From assembly GCA_040954595.2 (NCBI GenBank), contig CM082582.2:10655483-10719482 (forward strand): a DNA stretch of 64,000 nt, given 5' to 3'. Made by a program: the position numbers and the translations under genes. Positions 28,520 to 42,703 of the stretch are shown one piece after another. This DNA is from Balanoglossus misakiensis. Its lineage: Eukaryota > Animalia > Hemichordata. Each line of letters begins with the position of its first letter. The first letter of the stretch is position 1. The notes beneath the pieces are model-generated. The model did no database searches. It was not told the origin of the DNA and saw nothing but the letters and a program-made list of their open reading frames with translations.

Positions 28520-31500
28520 TACCCAGTGTGAGGGTGACATTCTGATAATGGAAAATACAACAAGGGGTGAATTTGAATAGATCTGGTGACATTACTACAC
28601 GAAGCAAAACTCAAAGCTGAAGTTTTCCTCGAGAGCACTTGCTACGATGAAACAACTGGCTTCAGCAAAAATGTGCTGGTTGCAATAATTGTCAGTTCAA
28701 TAAAAAATCGGGGGATATTAGCACACAAATATAAGGTGCTTTCATGCTGCTTGTGTCCAGCTTTACTTTGATTTTTGCCACCTGTAACAAAAATTTTATG
28801 TATCCCTGCTGTGCAATTTTCCCCCCGAGCGGCTGTCGCCATTTTATCTACATGACTTCATTGCTATTTGTTCTGTGAGACTGACCAGCCGAAAAATAAC
28901 GCTTGTGGCGTCGCATTCTGGCGCCGTCTTTGCCTGGATTTTTCACAAGATTCCGGTTTGCCCCCAGTCCATTTCAAAAGGTCCCAACCCCACAAGTCAC
29001 GACACTGACTTTGAAATCTTGCATTTGTGCAATCATAGGTTTCTTAACCAATTAATCCTTTAAATAAAAGCCATGTGGACAGGCCGGAGGGGAAACATTC
29101 TTTCGCATTTTCGCCCCAAGTTTGTTGCTTGACGGTTGGACTTTCTCAAAGTGTCAGAAGTCTCCCAAGTAGTCAGATTGGATTTCATCACTCCGTGTGT
29201 GTGAGAAAATGTTTAACTCGGGCTTGGAAAGTTATTAATGGTGTCCTGTTACCAGGTAACCTAGATCCTGAACAGTCTCTTTTTGTTTTCCTTTCGAGGT
29301 CATATATCTCACGGTGTGGATTGCAAACCATCAGGTTGCATCCAATTCACCAGGTTGCAGTCATCCATAATCCATTGCGTTTCTCCCACTAGTGTAAACC
29401 CAATCCAGAAGTTGTAAGGATCAACATAATCTATCAGTGTATGGATTCTAATATTTATACAACTGGCATTTTTTCACTGTATTAGCTCTGAGACCGAAAA
29501 AAATAAATTCTTACGCCAGAGTTGTCTTGGTAACGTGCAGTATCCCACTTTTTTGTGCAATCGTGAACCAGCATTTTGTATCATACCTGGCTTTTTCACA
29601 CCCTGACCTCTGCGGGCAAAGACCTTATACACGATTCTCTACAGCCTAGGGAGCCTTATGTTAATGAGTCGCGGAATGGCGTAACGATATGCAAATGAGC
29701 GACTAATCTGTGTTGTTGTCGCAGGTAGATATTGTCTGTTTAGGTGACTAACGAAAGTGAACTGAGCTTTTTTAAAACAATGCCGGCGTAAGACCAGCAA
29801 CAAACACTAGTTGAAAGGGGAACCCGCGAAAGATCAGGATATCATCTAAAGTCATCCTCTCAGAATAGGCCGCTTCTGATCAGGTATTGTGCTCGTTTTT
29901 GTTCATTTTTTCCATCTGTTCATAGCAGCTGTCATTAAAAGTGGCACATGGCATCTCGTTCTCAGTCAGCGTGGTCTTGCATTGCGTTTTTGTGTTGTGT
30001 TTGAAACTGAAATTCCAAGAAACTGTCCACAACTGTTTCCATAGTTTCACGTAAACGTACTAACTTTTCAAAGAGCAAAATGTCACGGCAGATTAATAAA
30101 AATCGTCACTTTTAATATAAACTCGACCAAACAGGAAATTGGGTTAATCACTTGGGGCATGGTTGTGTTTTATGTCACAGGATGATTAAATAGAAAATGA
30201 AATCGCATGTCCGGAATCCAGGAGGTATCCATGTCTCCCTTCTGGTACCGGTTTAATTTTGTTCATGTAATCATTGTTTCTGGCATTTGCGAGCAATTGG
30301 GGAAGGGGGGGGGTGAGGTTGCCAGCTCCACTATCTCCCCCCCCCCCCTCTGTAACATTCCTGCTACCTATTCATACCTATGACTGAAGTGACATCAAAG
30401 GGAACCGTGCTAACATTTACCGGGTACCCCCCCCCCCCCTCTCCCCAACAAAAACACTGCCACAGGCTCTGCATGATGGGGGAGTACATCTACTTCGGCC
30501 ACACGTACACCAGCACTCACATTTACATTCCGCGATGCAGGTTTTTACTCCATGTCACCTTTGACATTCCAACCTTTTTGAAAGAAAAAGTGGTGTGATG
30601 TTGTCTACAGAGGTAGTTTGCGGTCAGAGTGAGTTATGCAACCCGGTGCATTGTTCGTGAGGTACATTCAAACAACTCTTTGCATGAATGGGTCTGTTTA
30701 TAAGTAACATGTGGTGGCCGTCATTGTTAGATTCCGAAAAGCTGCAGTTGCAAGCATTTGACCGAAGAAATAGTTGTGGTGAAATCTTGGTTATGCTAAG
30801 GTTCGGAAAGTTGCGTAAATATTACATTTTGACAAGAATTACGGAAATATATCAGTTTTAGGCCAAAATTGACGATTTACGTTTGATAGTTGAACAATAA
30901 ATATCGATAGAGAATTGAAGTGGTGTTATTGTCCCCGTCAGGGCCAAGACCCATCCAGGGCACCACAAGACCAGCAATATTATGGATCTTTCAATCCAAC
31001 GAGGTCAATCGGAATCAATACTCTTACATAAGACACACCATGAACACAGTCACATGAGACATTTTGTCAATTTTCCAAAATGCACAACAAGCTAGAAACC
31101 AGCCATGATTTCTAAAAAAAGTCAGACGCCTGTATTGCAAGTTACAAGTAGATGTGATTTGAGAGAGAGAATTAGAAATAAGCAGTTTGGTGATGACAGC
31201 AACCTGAAGAAAGTAGCCATTGTGAAAGGGCAAAATAGTCGGTTAATTATGCCGGCTCCCGGTTCTTGACATTTGTCCCTGTAGAGACTAATACTGGTAG
31301 ATATCATTTCAATTCTTTCTTCGACAAGACTCAACTGGTGCCAGTACCTTTTCCTTGAACCTATACATGTAGATCCTACCCTCTTGCCTTTGAATTGATC
31401 CCGTTGATTACTTGTTGTGTGTGACCTTTGTAAATACTGGTATTATAATATCACATGTGGGTGAAATGTCGATGACACTTCATACTGTGTGTCTGTAGGT

Positions 31501-32335
31501 CCCATGCATCAACTCACCCAGCAATGCGGCTCATGTGAACTGATACAGCTTTCTGGTCACGTCACGATAAAATTAGATTTCCGATTGGGATAATGCGTGT
31601 TATGCTTTGTTGAGTGTAATAACAACCCTCCTCGGGAAAATGCGCTTAATCGGGTATTGAGGTACAGCTGCCAAAAGGATTGGCCATTTGCATCAATATG
31701 TTTCGGCTCAATTCAATAAAAGGTGTTTAATTTGCTCCCTAACGGCTGTATTGAGTGAAGAGAAAACGGTTTGTTAGAATTGATGCAAGTTAGTTCCTCG
31801 CTAAATCTAATGTTTCTGTTCTGATCTGTGAGAGACGTCTGTAGATTGAGTATAACAAAGATCTAGGCATGTCGCATACCACACTATGCAGGGGTGTAGA
31901 CAAAATGCTGGCAACTGTCAAAAACAACCGGCTGTCAGCAGAAATTTGCCGGCTGTAATAATAATTATTAGCTCAATAAAAATCAGTGAGATTATCACAA
32001 ACGTGATGAGCTCACATGTTACTTGTAACCAGCTATATTTTTATTTCGGCCACCTGCAACAAAAATGTTCAAGGTTCCTGGTCTGGTGGTCTCACCTGAA
32101 ACAGGAGCACCTGGTATTAACTGGTTCAATCTGACCAGCATAATTGCAAATCTGCGGGTCAAAACAGTAAATATAATGGTCACTGATCTCAGACCCGGAT
32201 TTGTTCAACCCCAGACAACCTTGATTACATTACCGGTAGATGCAATTAAATTCAAGTGTCTGATAACTTTTTGTTTAATTTTTTGCCGTTTCAGATTATT
32301 CTCTCATCAGTCGTTGAAAACAGAATCGGAGCATC

Positions 32336-35300
32336 ATGACAGAGTTACGCGACAGGAATGCAGAGCTACCAGAAAAGAAGAATAACGCCAATTCTAACAA
32401 TGATGTTCTTCCACCAAAAGAACCAGACAGAGAGTCCGTCAGCCTGAAACGACAGGTTGGTCTCATCAGCGGCATCGCTCTCATCGTCGGGACCATGATC
32501 GGTTCGGGAATTTTCGTCTCCCCGAAGGGCGTACTGCGACAGACGGAGAGTGTCGGAATGAGTCTGATCATTTGGTTAGCGTGCGGAGTCCTGGCCATGT
32601 TGGGTAAGAAATTTGAAAGCAATTTCTACTCTCTTTGTTCGTTGAAAAATGTTGGCCAGAAAAAAATCTCAACTTCACGGGTAATGGATGAAAGCAGCTG
32701 GTGAAGTGTTGAAGATCGCGTAGGCACGCATAGACTTGTACAAATTCACACACTAACGCTTGTAATTAATTGGTTTGTTAATGGCCAGGAGGTGCGTTGA
32801 AGTCGTCGGGTTAATAGTGTCTTGGGGTATAATTGACGTCATAACACAAGGGCATGCATTTTTGCCCCATGCAGATTGTTTGGGTACGCACAGAGGCTTG
32901 TGTGTGGTGGGATTGTTTTTCTGTGAATAGCGACATCAGTTTCTATGGCTTACAGCTGAGAAATGATCGACATCAGACATTTGTGTACATGCCAACTCAT
33001 TCTATGAGAAATGGTCATCAGCGAGCTGTACTTGGGGAAATACATGGTCTGTGGGGACGCTGTTTTCTTGTCTGTGTATTAGGGAATTCTGCCGTTCTAG
33101 ACTATATTTATTCAGTAATCATTCGACTAAAAATACTGAACACGTTTATAGGCTCCCAAAGAAGCTTCGAAATGTTTTTGTCTAATATCTGAGTATGTGT
33201 TATTCCGGTATTATACAGGTGCCCTTTCGTACGCCGAGCTTGGAACGCTTATTCCCAAATCCGGAGCGGAATATCCGTATCTCTTTGAAGCATTCGGACC
33301 CATTGCGGCATTCCTCTTCTCCTGGATATCAGTGGTGCTCTTGAAACCGGCCAGTGTGGCTGCCATCGCTCTTGCCTTTGGATCGTACGCGGCAGAACCC
33401 TTCTACGGAGGTTGCCCGGTGCCGGATAGTGTTATTAAACTATTGGCGGCCGCCAGTATTAGTAAGTAGTCAAGTGGATTAGTATTATACCGTTCGCACA
33501 GTTTTGTACCATCATGAAACTTCATTGATATTTGTAGCGCTGACACAATGCCACCATTCAGTTAGAGGTGCTTTGTACAATCATCTAATATGCAAATTAT
33601 CCCAGTTACCATGGAAAGTGGAGATGATGACATGTGACCAGCACTGTCACTTTTGTTTTCAATTGTGTGAAAACTAGTTTCAGCAAGTAAAATGTTAATA
33701 CCAAGCTACAATTTGTAACTTCTGTTTTTCTTGTTGTCATCTACAGTGATCATAGCATGGGTGAATTGCTACAATGTGAAGTGGGCGACAGCTGTCCAGA
33801 ACGTCTTCACTGCAGCCAAGCTCATAGCCTTAATCCTTATCATATTTGTTGGCTTTGTGAGGCTAGGCCAAGGTAAGGTCCTTATATTCACCATGAGAGG
33901 AAATATGCTTGCCTCGTTTTGCGTATAGTTTTCACAGCAAGGGATATCAATTTTACAAGTCAACATGTTTCAAACATCCAATGGTAGCACACACGGACAC
34001 ATGAATACAATGAAACGAAAACCAACGATTTTGATTTTGCAGGCCACACAGAATATTTAACCCGAACATTTGAAAATTCTTCGCCAAACGGGTTTGCTTA
34101 TGCAGTAGCGTTTTACCAAGGACTTTGGGCCTATGATGGGTGGTAAGTACTAGTTGTCAAATACATATCTGTTTTCCAGATATGAAAATAGGAAATAGTG
34201 TGCGGTTGTTGTTACATGAGACCCTGGTTTCTTTTAGAGAATGATCACTCGAAAAAAATACCAGATTTGAATGAGTTTTAATTTTTGTGATTTCTGTAAC
34301 TTTCTTCCAGGAATAATCTCAATTATGTGACAGAAGAAATTATAAATCCATACAGGTATGTTACCATAGTTACACCTTGAGTCCAGGCATGTCATTATTT
34401 TTACTGCTAAGATACTTCAACTCTCCAGTGAAGCATAGCCCATGACAGTTATTCCGACATGAGACAGAGACACACCTTCATTTTGGAATAATTTCTTTCC
34501 CTTCCCAGGAATTTGCCACTGGCCATCATCATTGGGTTGCCATTTACGACAGTAATTTATCTGCTCGTCAACATTGCGTACTTCACTGTGATGTCACCAA
34601 GTGAGCTGCTTGCTTCAAATGCTGTGGCTGTCGTAAGTACAACAGATACTCTCCCTGTAATTGACAAGCATCTCAAAAAAATTGATCTTTCAAGCATACA
34701 TTTTGGACTAATTTGTCTCCAAAATTGGAAAACATTCAACCTTGAGATGCTGTCTGTTATTATATTATAAACTACTGCATGTCCTAAATCTATATTTCTT
34801 AAGAAAACTTTGCATGCTTTCAAATCTGATCAACCCATGTCTCATGATGTTGGGACTGAATGCATGGATAAAATATAAAACAAAATACATAGTATATGAA
34901 TTTAGATTTTAACTAGAATCGAAATATGCATGTCGATGTAAATTTGCCAGGTGTATGCATGGTTATTCCTGGGAATATGTGTGGGTAGTCCACAAAGTTA
35001 TATGGTGTTGATTGGGCCTCACTTCTGACATAGAGAGCACTTGTCCATGTGGTTAAAAAAATGACTCCCTCTACAACAAGTGAGGCTTGTATGAATGCCA
35101 GTCATAGCTTTATGTCTAATGAATTCGGGATGAAGTACATGTAGTACTAGTTCTTACTAGTTTTAGAAGCACCGTATTTTCACCAAAGGTTGGAGCATGA
35201 TATATAAACTAAATGCACTGCACTGCCACCTCTCTCACAACACCACAATGCATGTATGTAAACATAACACACAGATTCTAATACGTTCCATTTTCAAATA

Positions 35301-38300
35301 ATTATTTTGGATAATTGAAAAACAAATTGCATGTTTCAGAGTTTTCGTATTTAAAGAGAATATGTTGCGTATGTTTGTATTTTTTTGCAAATTTTTTCGA
35401 AAATTGATGTGACCAAAACTTTTATGTGCTCACAATGCATGAAAATTTTAGAAATACATCATTTTTGTTGTTGAAAAATTATTTACCAAAATTGTACCAT
35501 TGCTGATAATGCCTGAAAATTGCACATGATATAAAGAGCAGCCTACACTAGGTCACAACTCCTGCTGCAACGAAAAGTGCCTATTCCCTAAAAAAGACAG
35601 GGATGACAGGCTTTTGGACATAAGCAGCTTCATTTTGTTTTCAACAAAGCTGCACAAATTGACATCGAGACGAGGCTGCCATTTTGAATTTTGTTTTACC
35701 TACACTTTGCACACACGCACACTTGTCACCTGTAACCTTTACACAACACTTGTCTGGTTGCCAAGACCTTTGGTGAATGGGTGTTCACGGGACTCTCCTG
35801 GCTCATGTCGTTTTCCGTGGCTTGCTCCACCATCGGCTCCGAAAACGGGACCATCTTTACAGCGGGAAGGTATGGTCGTTTATAGCCAGCCCCGATCCGG
35901 GTGAGCTGGGTTGACAACCGTGATGAGAAAAGTTGACATGTCCTTTATCACAAATTGTTTAATCTTACCAAGTCATGTTTTATCTATATGACTTGTTTAC
36001 TCAAAAATGAAATAGAACATTCAAATTTTTCTCATACACGAATGTGTCATAGACCAGTTTACCCACAATGGCGGCTACAATGCCTAGTGTGCCAAGTAGA
36101 TCTAATTCTCATAGTAAGCTTCTAGAACTTAGTTTTGTCATTTGGCTGTTGCACTCGGCCCCATTGTTCTTTAACACAGACCTTAGCTGACCGTACTCTA
36201 GGAGTAATGGCATGGATAATACCTCTGGCTGTTGCTATGTCAACTTTCGGTGCTACCAATGGAACCATGTTTACTTCAGGAAGGTAGGACAAAAAGAGAA
36301 AGTTTGCTTTTTGTAAGTCCCTCTGATGGAAGAGTTTTGCCTGGATGTTGTTGCATCCTTGTGAACCAATCGACAGTGAAAAAATATCTTACAAATTTTC
36401 AATGATGTCATCATGAGAAATTGTCTCAGTCACAGATCTCAGATTTCTTTTACTGTGGAATGCATCACAAATGCCTTGAAAGGCCTCTGTGTCTCGACCA
36501 CTTTCCCCAGGCATTTTCTTCCCAGAGGTGCTTACTGCTATAGGCTCAATTCCAGTTTTGCATTCCCAATGGAAAGACAAAGATGGCGTCCTCTAAATTG
36601 ACGTTCTCTGCTGGTTTTACTTTCACAAAGGTGCCATCTTGTTTTGGGGAATGCTAAACTGGACTGGTGCCCTGCTTAATACTAACCAATTACATGTGCC
36701 ACTGCAGCAGTGCAACTAAGAGCACACTAATGGCTGTATGCCATAAAAACTGCTATGTGCCGCTCAGAGCAATATTTTCATTAACACCAGATGTGAATTG
36801 TTGATGAACGATGTATTCTTGTAACTAGCTTTGCTGTTGACGCATCGGGAGAAGTGCAAACAGAATACACCTTTCATCAAGGTGACATGTACATGGGAAA
36901 TTTGAAATGTGAGCACAGAGAAGTAAGAATTAATTCTCATGATGTCAGTGCAACAAAACATGGCCCCTTTACTGATCTTGTATTTTCTGAGATTTGGCAT
37001 AAATGACACTGATTGATTACAAACAAATTACTGCCTGTTACGTGTTCCTGATTGTTTGCGGAAGAAACTGGTCATGTTTTTGGCAGATGCTTGAAATTCG
37101 CTGAACCCAGCTAATCTGTCAACATCACAGCAAAAAAGATTTGCCACCAATTTAACACTGAATGGCCCAAGTTTTTACGAGCAAAGAACAAGCTAAAGTT
37201 TTCAGCCCAAACACTACAGGTTCAACAACAAACACTTCCAACACACCCCTGATTTTATTTCTTGCACCCCAAGGTTGACATTCGTAGCAGCCCGTGAAGG
37301 TCACATGGTTGAGATCCTGTCAATGGTCCATGTGAAACGGTTTACACCATTCCCTGCTGTTGCCTTTACGGTGAGTATACAGTGCTTATATACTGAAAGA
37401 ATAGGGAAGATTTTGCATTGTAGTCACTTGTGTCAAATGCCAGCCATCATCTTCATCACTAACTTTCAATCAGAATAATGTGAGTGATAATTTTTATTTC
37501 GTCTTTCAGGCCGCACTTGCTCTTCTTATGATCATCCCGAGTGATTTTGATACGTTGATCAACTATTTTAGTTTCACTGCTTGGCTCTTCTACGGAGCAG
37601 TCATGCTTGCGTTGATCACCTTGAGATTTACCAAAAGGGACGCCAAAAGGCCGATCAAGGTAAGCTTTCATGTTGTTTTTCAGTCAGTTGATTGATACAA
37701 GGGAATATTTAAGTGTTGGTGGGTGTTTTCAGTACCCATCAGTTTAAACAACACACATGTTCTCTTGTTCCGACAGGTTCCGATCATCATCCCGATTATT
37801 GTCCTTCTGGCATCCGTCTACTTGGTGGTTGCGCCCATCATCGATGACCCAGCCCTGGAGTACCTGTACGCCACGATTTTCATCTTTGCTGGCTTCATCT
37901 TCTATGTGCCGTTTATCCATTACAAATACTCGCCACCCTTCATGAGTAAGTATACGTCATTTCCCCCCTGAGTTGTGTCTGTGTGGATGCAAGATGTCAG
38001 GGATTAAGCTGAAGTAACGTCACACAACCATCATTCGTCATTATTTCATCACACTGCCCAATATGCCTGCTCTGGATTTGCAGTATCATGCAAAAGTGTT
38101 GAGGCATTATTTTGTCAGTGTTGTGTTTAACCAAATCAATACAATGAGAACTTGGACTGCCACAGATTATTCACTGTTTTATAACTTGCATGTGCCAAAG
38201 CTGTGTGCGAACCAGTTCATTGACATTTCATCTGTGTTGTTCGTTTTTTGCAGAGAAATTCACGATCTTCTGGCAGCTACTGTGTGAATGCGCCCCTACA

Positions 38301-38321
38301 CAGCACATGCCACTCGGCTAA
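32336..38321 (+). CDS. SLC7A9: b(0,+)-type amino acid transporter light chain, SLC7A9-like copy 1 (11 coding exon positions, the seventh duplicated)
   Basis: [49 protein letters not shown] (heavy-chain Cys), [42 protein letters not shown]; GT-AG exons; stop TAA at 38319-38321. Orthology is by closest resemblance only. Confidence 0.9.
35766..35869 (+). CDS. SLC7A9-like copy 1, alternative TM8 exon 7a
   Basis: AAG|...|GTATGG, 104 bp, [35 protein letters not shown]; same length and phases as exon 7b. Confidence 0.8.
36180..36283 (+). CDS. SLC7A9-like copy 1, alternative TM8 exon 7b
   Basis: CAG|...|GTAGGA, 104 bp, [35 protein letters not shown]. Confidence 0.88.
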
Positions 38322-38599
38322 AGAGAATAGCCCGGACCAACAACTGTATTTACCTGTTCAGCATTAGAAAATCCTCCACGTTTTGCAAGGTCAGCGGTGA
38401 GGCAGTGACCTTTCACCCCGTGACCCTGCGAGATCAGTTCACAGGACATGCGTCTATTGTTGCAACATTAGCATGTATGGTTTGGATTTAGAAATAAATT
38501 TTGTTTTGTCGATTTATGAAGTACTTTTTGAGAAACCGTGATGTTTTATCAAATCCTCAACGTTGGTTGATTGTGCTGAACATACAAAAATAGTGCAAT

Positions 38600-38692
38600 T
38601 TAACCCTTTCACCACCATGGTTTGGTCCATATCCATTGGTTTCTATGGAAACATTGGACCTGTGCAGAGAGAAACAGGGGTGAAAGGGTTAA
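38600..38692. mobile_element. 85-bp piggyBac-like MITE downstream of SLC7A9-like copy 1
   Basis: TTAA-CCCTTTCACC ... GGTGAAAGGG-TTAA; a related copy lies at 63413-63509. Confidence 0.7.
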
Positions 38693-41600
38693 ACTTGACA
38701 CAGTCTCTGTAATAATCAATGCACAATATTTGTTCACAACTGCTGTCGTACTCTCAGAAATGTACTAACTTCAATTGTATGAACTGATGAACCTTTCAGA
38801 GTGATTTTTTTATAGTAAAATGCAAAATCCAGAACAGATTATTTTACCATGTCCTCAGTGATGTAAGGTAGGGGACTCAATGTTTCCTGGTCAAAAAATT
38901 TAAGTTTTGGAAGCTGTCATTGAAAGTAGCGGTGATTGTCGAAAATAATAGATCCTTGGGCACACAAAAGAATGAGAGATTTCATTTTTTCTAAGAATTT
39001 TTCTGTACACTATTTGATGAGAAGAGTGCGGATGGGAAATCTAAGACAACTTCATTTTTCAAACCTTCAAGGAGCATTTTGATGGCTTTTTCTTTTCTTT
39101 AACCATCAATTATGGCTCAAAAAATATGGACTGAACGCAAGAGGCTGATTCAAACTGAACTCACCAGTGCGATACTTTTGAAGTCACTTCTGATCCGAAT
39201 AAGAGGTTGACCTTTGACCCTTTCACTGCCACCGTCTCAGTAAAAATCAACACTTTTTTCAGTTAATTGAAATAAATCAAATTACTAGTACAAAGGCAAA
39301 GCCTTGTATGTTGGGAAACTGATTTTGCACAGCACGGCCAGCCTGTCTTCATTTTGTGTTCAACGTCGAAGTGTTTTCACGTTTTCTGTGTCACATGCTT
39401 ATTTATTATTCCATGTCACATTGGTCAGTGTACGACAAAAGTTTGCGCTTGTCATAGTGAAAGGGTTATATGACTTTCAACCCCATTTTCGAACCTGTGT
39501 CTTTAAGTGTTAAGGGTTAGGGATTTAGGTCAAGACATAATTGGCTGTCTGATGTGTATTAGTTAGGTGGGTTTAATATTTTGTGATTTTTTTTCGAGTG
39601 TACAGTTTTCAACACGAGTCATCAAATTTTCTTGATAAAAGAGACCCAGTGCCTTTTTTCCCAAATTGCAGTATTTCACAATTCAGGTTGCCAAATATCC
39701 GGTATTCCAACAGATTTTGGCATCAGAGTAAAAACAAAAGCAGAACTGGAATCTATCCAGATTTCATTTTGTTTAATGAGTTTCAATTTTCCAGTAATGA
39801 CAAAACTTTTTAGAAGAGTTCTCATCATTGTAATATATGCGACCTGAAGTTCATTTGTGTAGAAAATGCGAATGTGATATAAGTTTTGTTCAGAGGTTTC
39901 TGTGCTGCAGTGAGAAACGACGTTAAATCGCGCTCTTATTATAATTTTGTTAGAGTGTATTAGTAAATTGAGAAGAATATGATTACTTGTATATTTAGCG
40001 GAACAATGCAAGATAATATATGCAGATTTACCCAATAAGAGATTTTTTTGAAGAAATGAGTCATCTTGGCAATTTTTACTGATTCATATGTATAATGAAA
40101 AAAACAAAAGAAATGCTTGCGTAAACTGTAGAGGGTGCCGTTTGTGAAGGCGAAGAAGTGCTTCCAGCCTGATTTGTACAAAAATAAGACACAGGAAGAT
40201 CATTCGCATAAAATAGTACACATTTTGAGAGTGATCAATGGCCTAATTATTTTATCAACGAGCACTGCCAATACGAAGATTTCGAATCAGTTCACAAAAA
40301 TTTTAAGAGTGGACCTGAAATGCGAAAGGTGTGTTTTGTTTCAGGTCTCACAAGACTTGTTATTTCAAAGTTGCATTTCCTCAAAATGGAAGTCTTAAAC
40401 ATTCGGCTAAACTTTGCCAGGAGTACAATTTACTGTAAGCTATTTTCTTTTTTTAATTGTGAAAATGAAAACCTCTCAGAGTCTGAAAAGGATTTATACA
40501 AGCTGTCCTTGGTCATAAAACACACACAAAAAAGCATTTATTTTTCTAGATTGACTGGGGAAAAGTTATGATGAACTGAGTATTGTATTAGATTGTGGTA
40601 TAATTCAGGAGATTTACCTTTAAAAGAAAAGTTTGTATGAAATTTCAAATGCTGATTTAAATTAGCCAAAAAATGTTTTGCCTGGTATTTATTCTGTTTC
40701 TGTTGTGGGCATGGTAGTGGATCATTCCATGTTGGGAGTACAAATAGGGGTGTTTGCGGATTATACACAAAGTTAGTATTCTGAATTGTATTCGCACCTT
40801 TTGGTAATGAAAGTTGCAAGGAGCTGTATAAAATGGAATGAATTGCAGTATATTTTAGTGTGCCACGCTTTCTAGAAATTCTCAGAGCTGTAAAAAATGT
40901 TTTTTTTTCGTGCAAGCATTGTATTGTTGGGATTTTATGTTATATCAAAGCATAGGCTTTTGATGTTTGTTTGCTTGTAAAGTCCAGCTTATATAAGGGG
41001 CCAGTCATCCGACGGTCTTCGTATGCTAGGGAATGCAGTTTAAACGTAATTTATATATAATATTAAACCATTGGCTGTCTATATGTATATTTGCATACAC
41101 ACAGCAACCTGTCTGAACTGATTGTGATGCGGTCAGTTGTACTTTCTGATTCCCTCCTAGAAGAGATCTCGGGATGGAACTCTTCAATGGTTGTCATTGT
41201 TTTTTTTCTCCAAACGCATGGTTCAGTCAGTTTTAGACAGGACGCAAATGTATGTGTGTATGTTAGCATTATTTTTTGCTGTACTCTGTCTTTGTTACCT
41301 GTATGAAATTTAATATCAAATGTTTAGAGTTTGTAAACTTATATTTTGTCTTTTTTTTCGATCTCTTCTCAATAAATCTATTTTGATGGAACTATGGTTG
41401 ATTCATGTCATATATGATGATACAAGTGTCTGCACCTTACAGTCTAACGCATATGCTACTGCCAGTATTGGTACGACCTCATGTTACTCTGTTTCTTACG
41501 GTATTCCCAGTACCTACTGAATTTCATGCTGTTTCTGACATGTGTACTACGTACATGTATGTGTAACAAAACCTGGTTTGCTAGGGCGCTCTCTACAGGG

Positions 41601-42703
41601 GAAAAAACACTCGTTCATGGCATGGTCCCTTGGAGGGCTTGATATTATACCCACGGAGCTCCACTATTGAAAGGTTTACTGCTTAGGTACGGTGAGTTGT
41701 TCTATTCTAATTCCCGACATTTGCCGCAACTTGTAGCGACAGAAGACTCGAAATCAAATGTGTCTTTGTTCGCAGTAAATACGGACCTCCTGAACACCAC
41801 CTGTTGAACCAAACATATATCGTCCGCTCAATTCTACGTCCTTTTGGTGTACGTTTTCATCTATACCCTTTTTTCACAAACCATAGAAAACTGTTTGCGT
41901 CCCTGTCCAAAATATAAACATGCTGCACAGCGAGAATGGCAAACTGTTGATTCTCTCATAAAGTTATACTTTATAAAATGTTATAGGCCCTAGAAAATTT
42001 TGAGAAGACGACACACATATAGCAGAAATATGTTACGTGTTTTGTAGCATGCCTGTCATTTGATATTTTAGGCAATTATATTCATGCCCCATATACAGAA
42101 TGAAGTCCTATTTTTAAAATTCCGTCCTTTCATTTATGTATTGATCAGTTCGTTCGGTCCTTCTAATAGGTTTGCTATGCTTTTAGTTTTGCATCTGTTC
42201 TGAGTTTTATATTCAATAATCGTATGTTGTAAACATAACTTTTTTATTGAAATGATGGAATGGGCGTAAAACACGGTCATATATACATGTAGGCCTATAG
42301 GTCGCCAGTCGCTACCAAGTCAGTCACAAATATTGTGAGGAGAATCAAATTTAATACTTTCACCAAAAAAGAGTTAAAAATAGCTTATTTTTCGGTGTGA
42401 TTTGCATGGATGACAAAGCCGATCTGGATCGAAAACAGAGCTTGCCGTCTGCCTTGGGTAGTGCCAAGGTCCACGTGTCTAGACTTGTCGTTTACTTCCA
42501 CTGCTCTCTAAACTGAGACTTTTTGGCATCACATTTTAGTTGTGTCGGTGATGACATGATCACCAACTGATGACCTATCAATGAAGAAAACTTCAGGCAT
42601 ATTCAAATTCTAACAGCTATTTCAGCACCGTACCCATCACTAGGCTACATATCTTCATAAAGTAACGTGTTTTCCTATTTCAGTCACCGAAAAGCAGAGG
42701 ACT

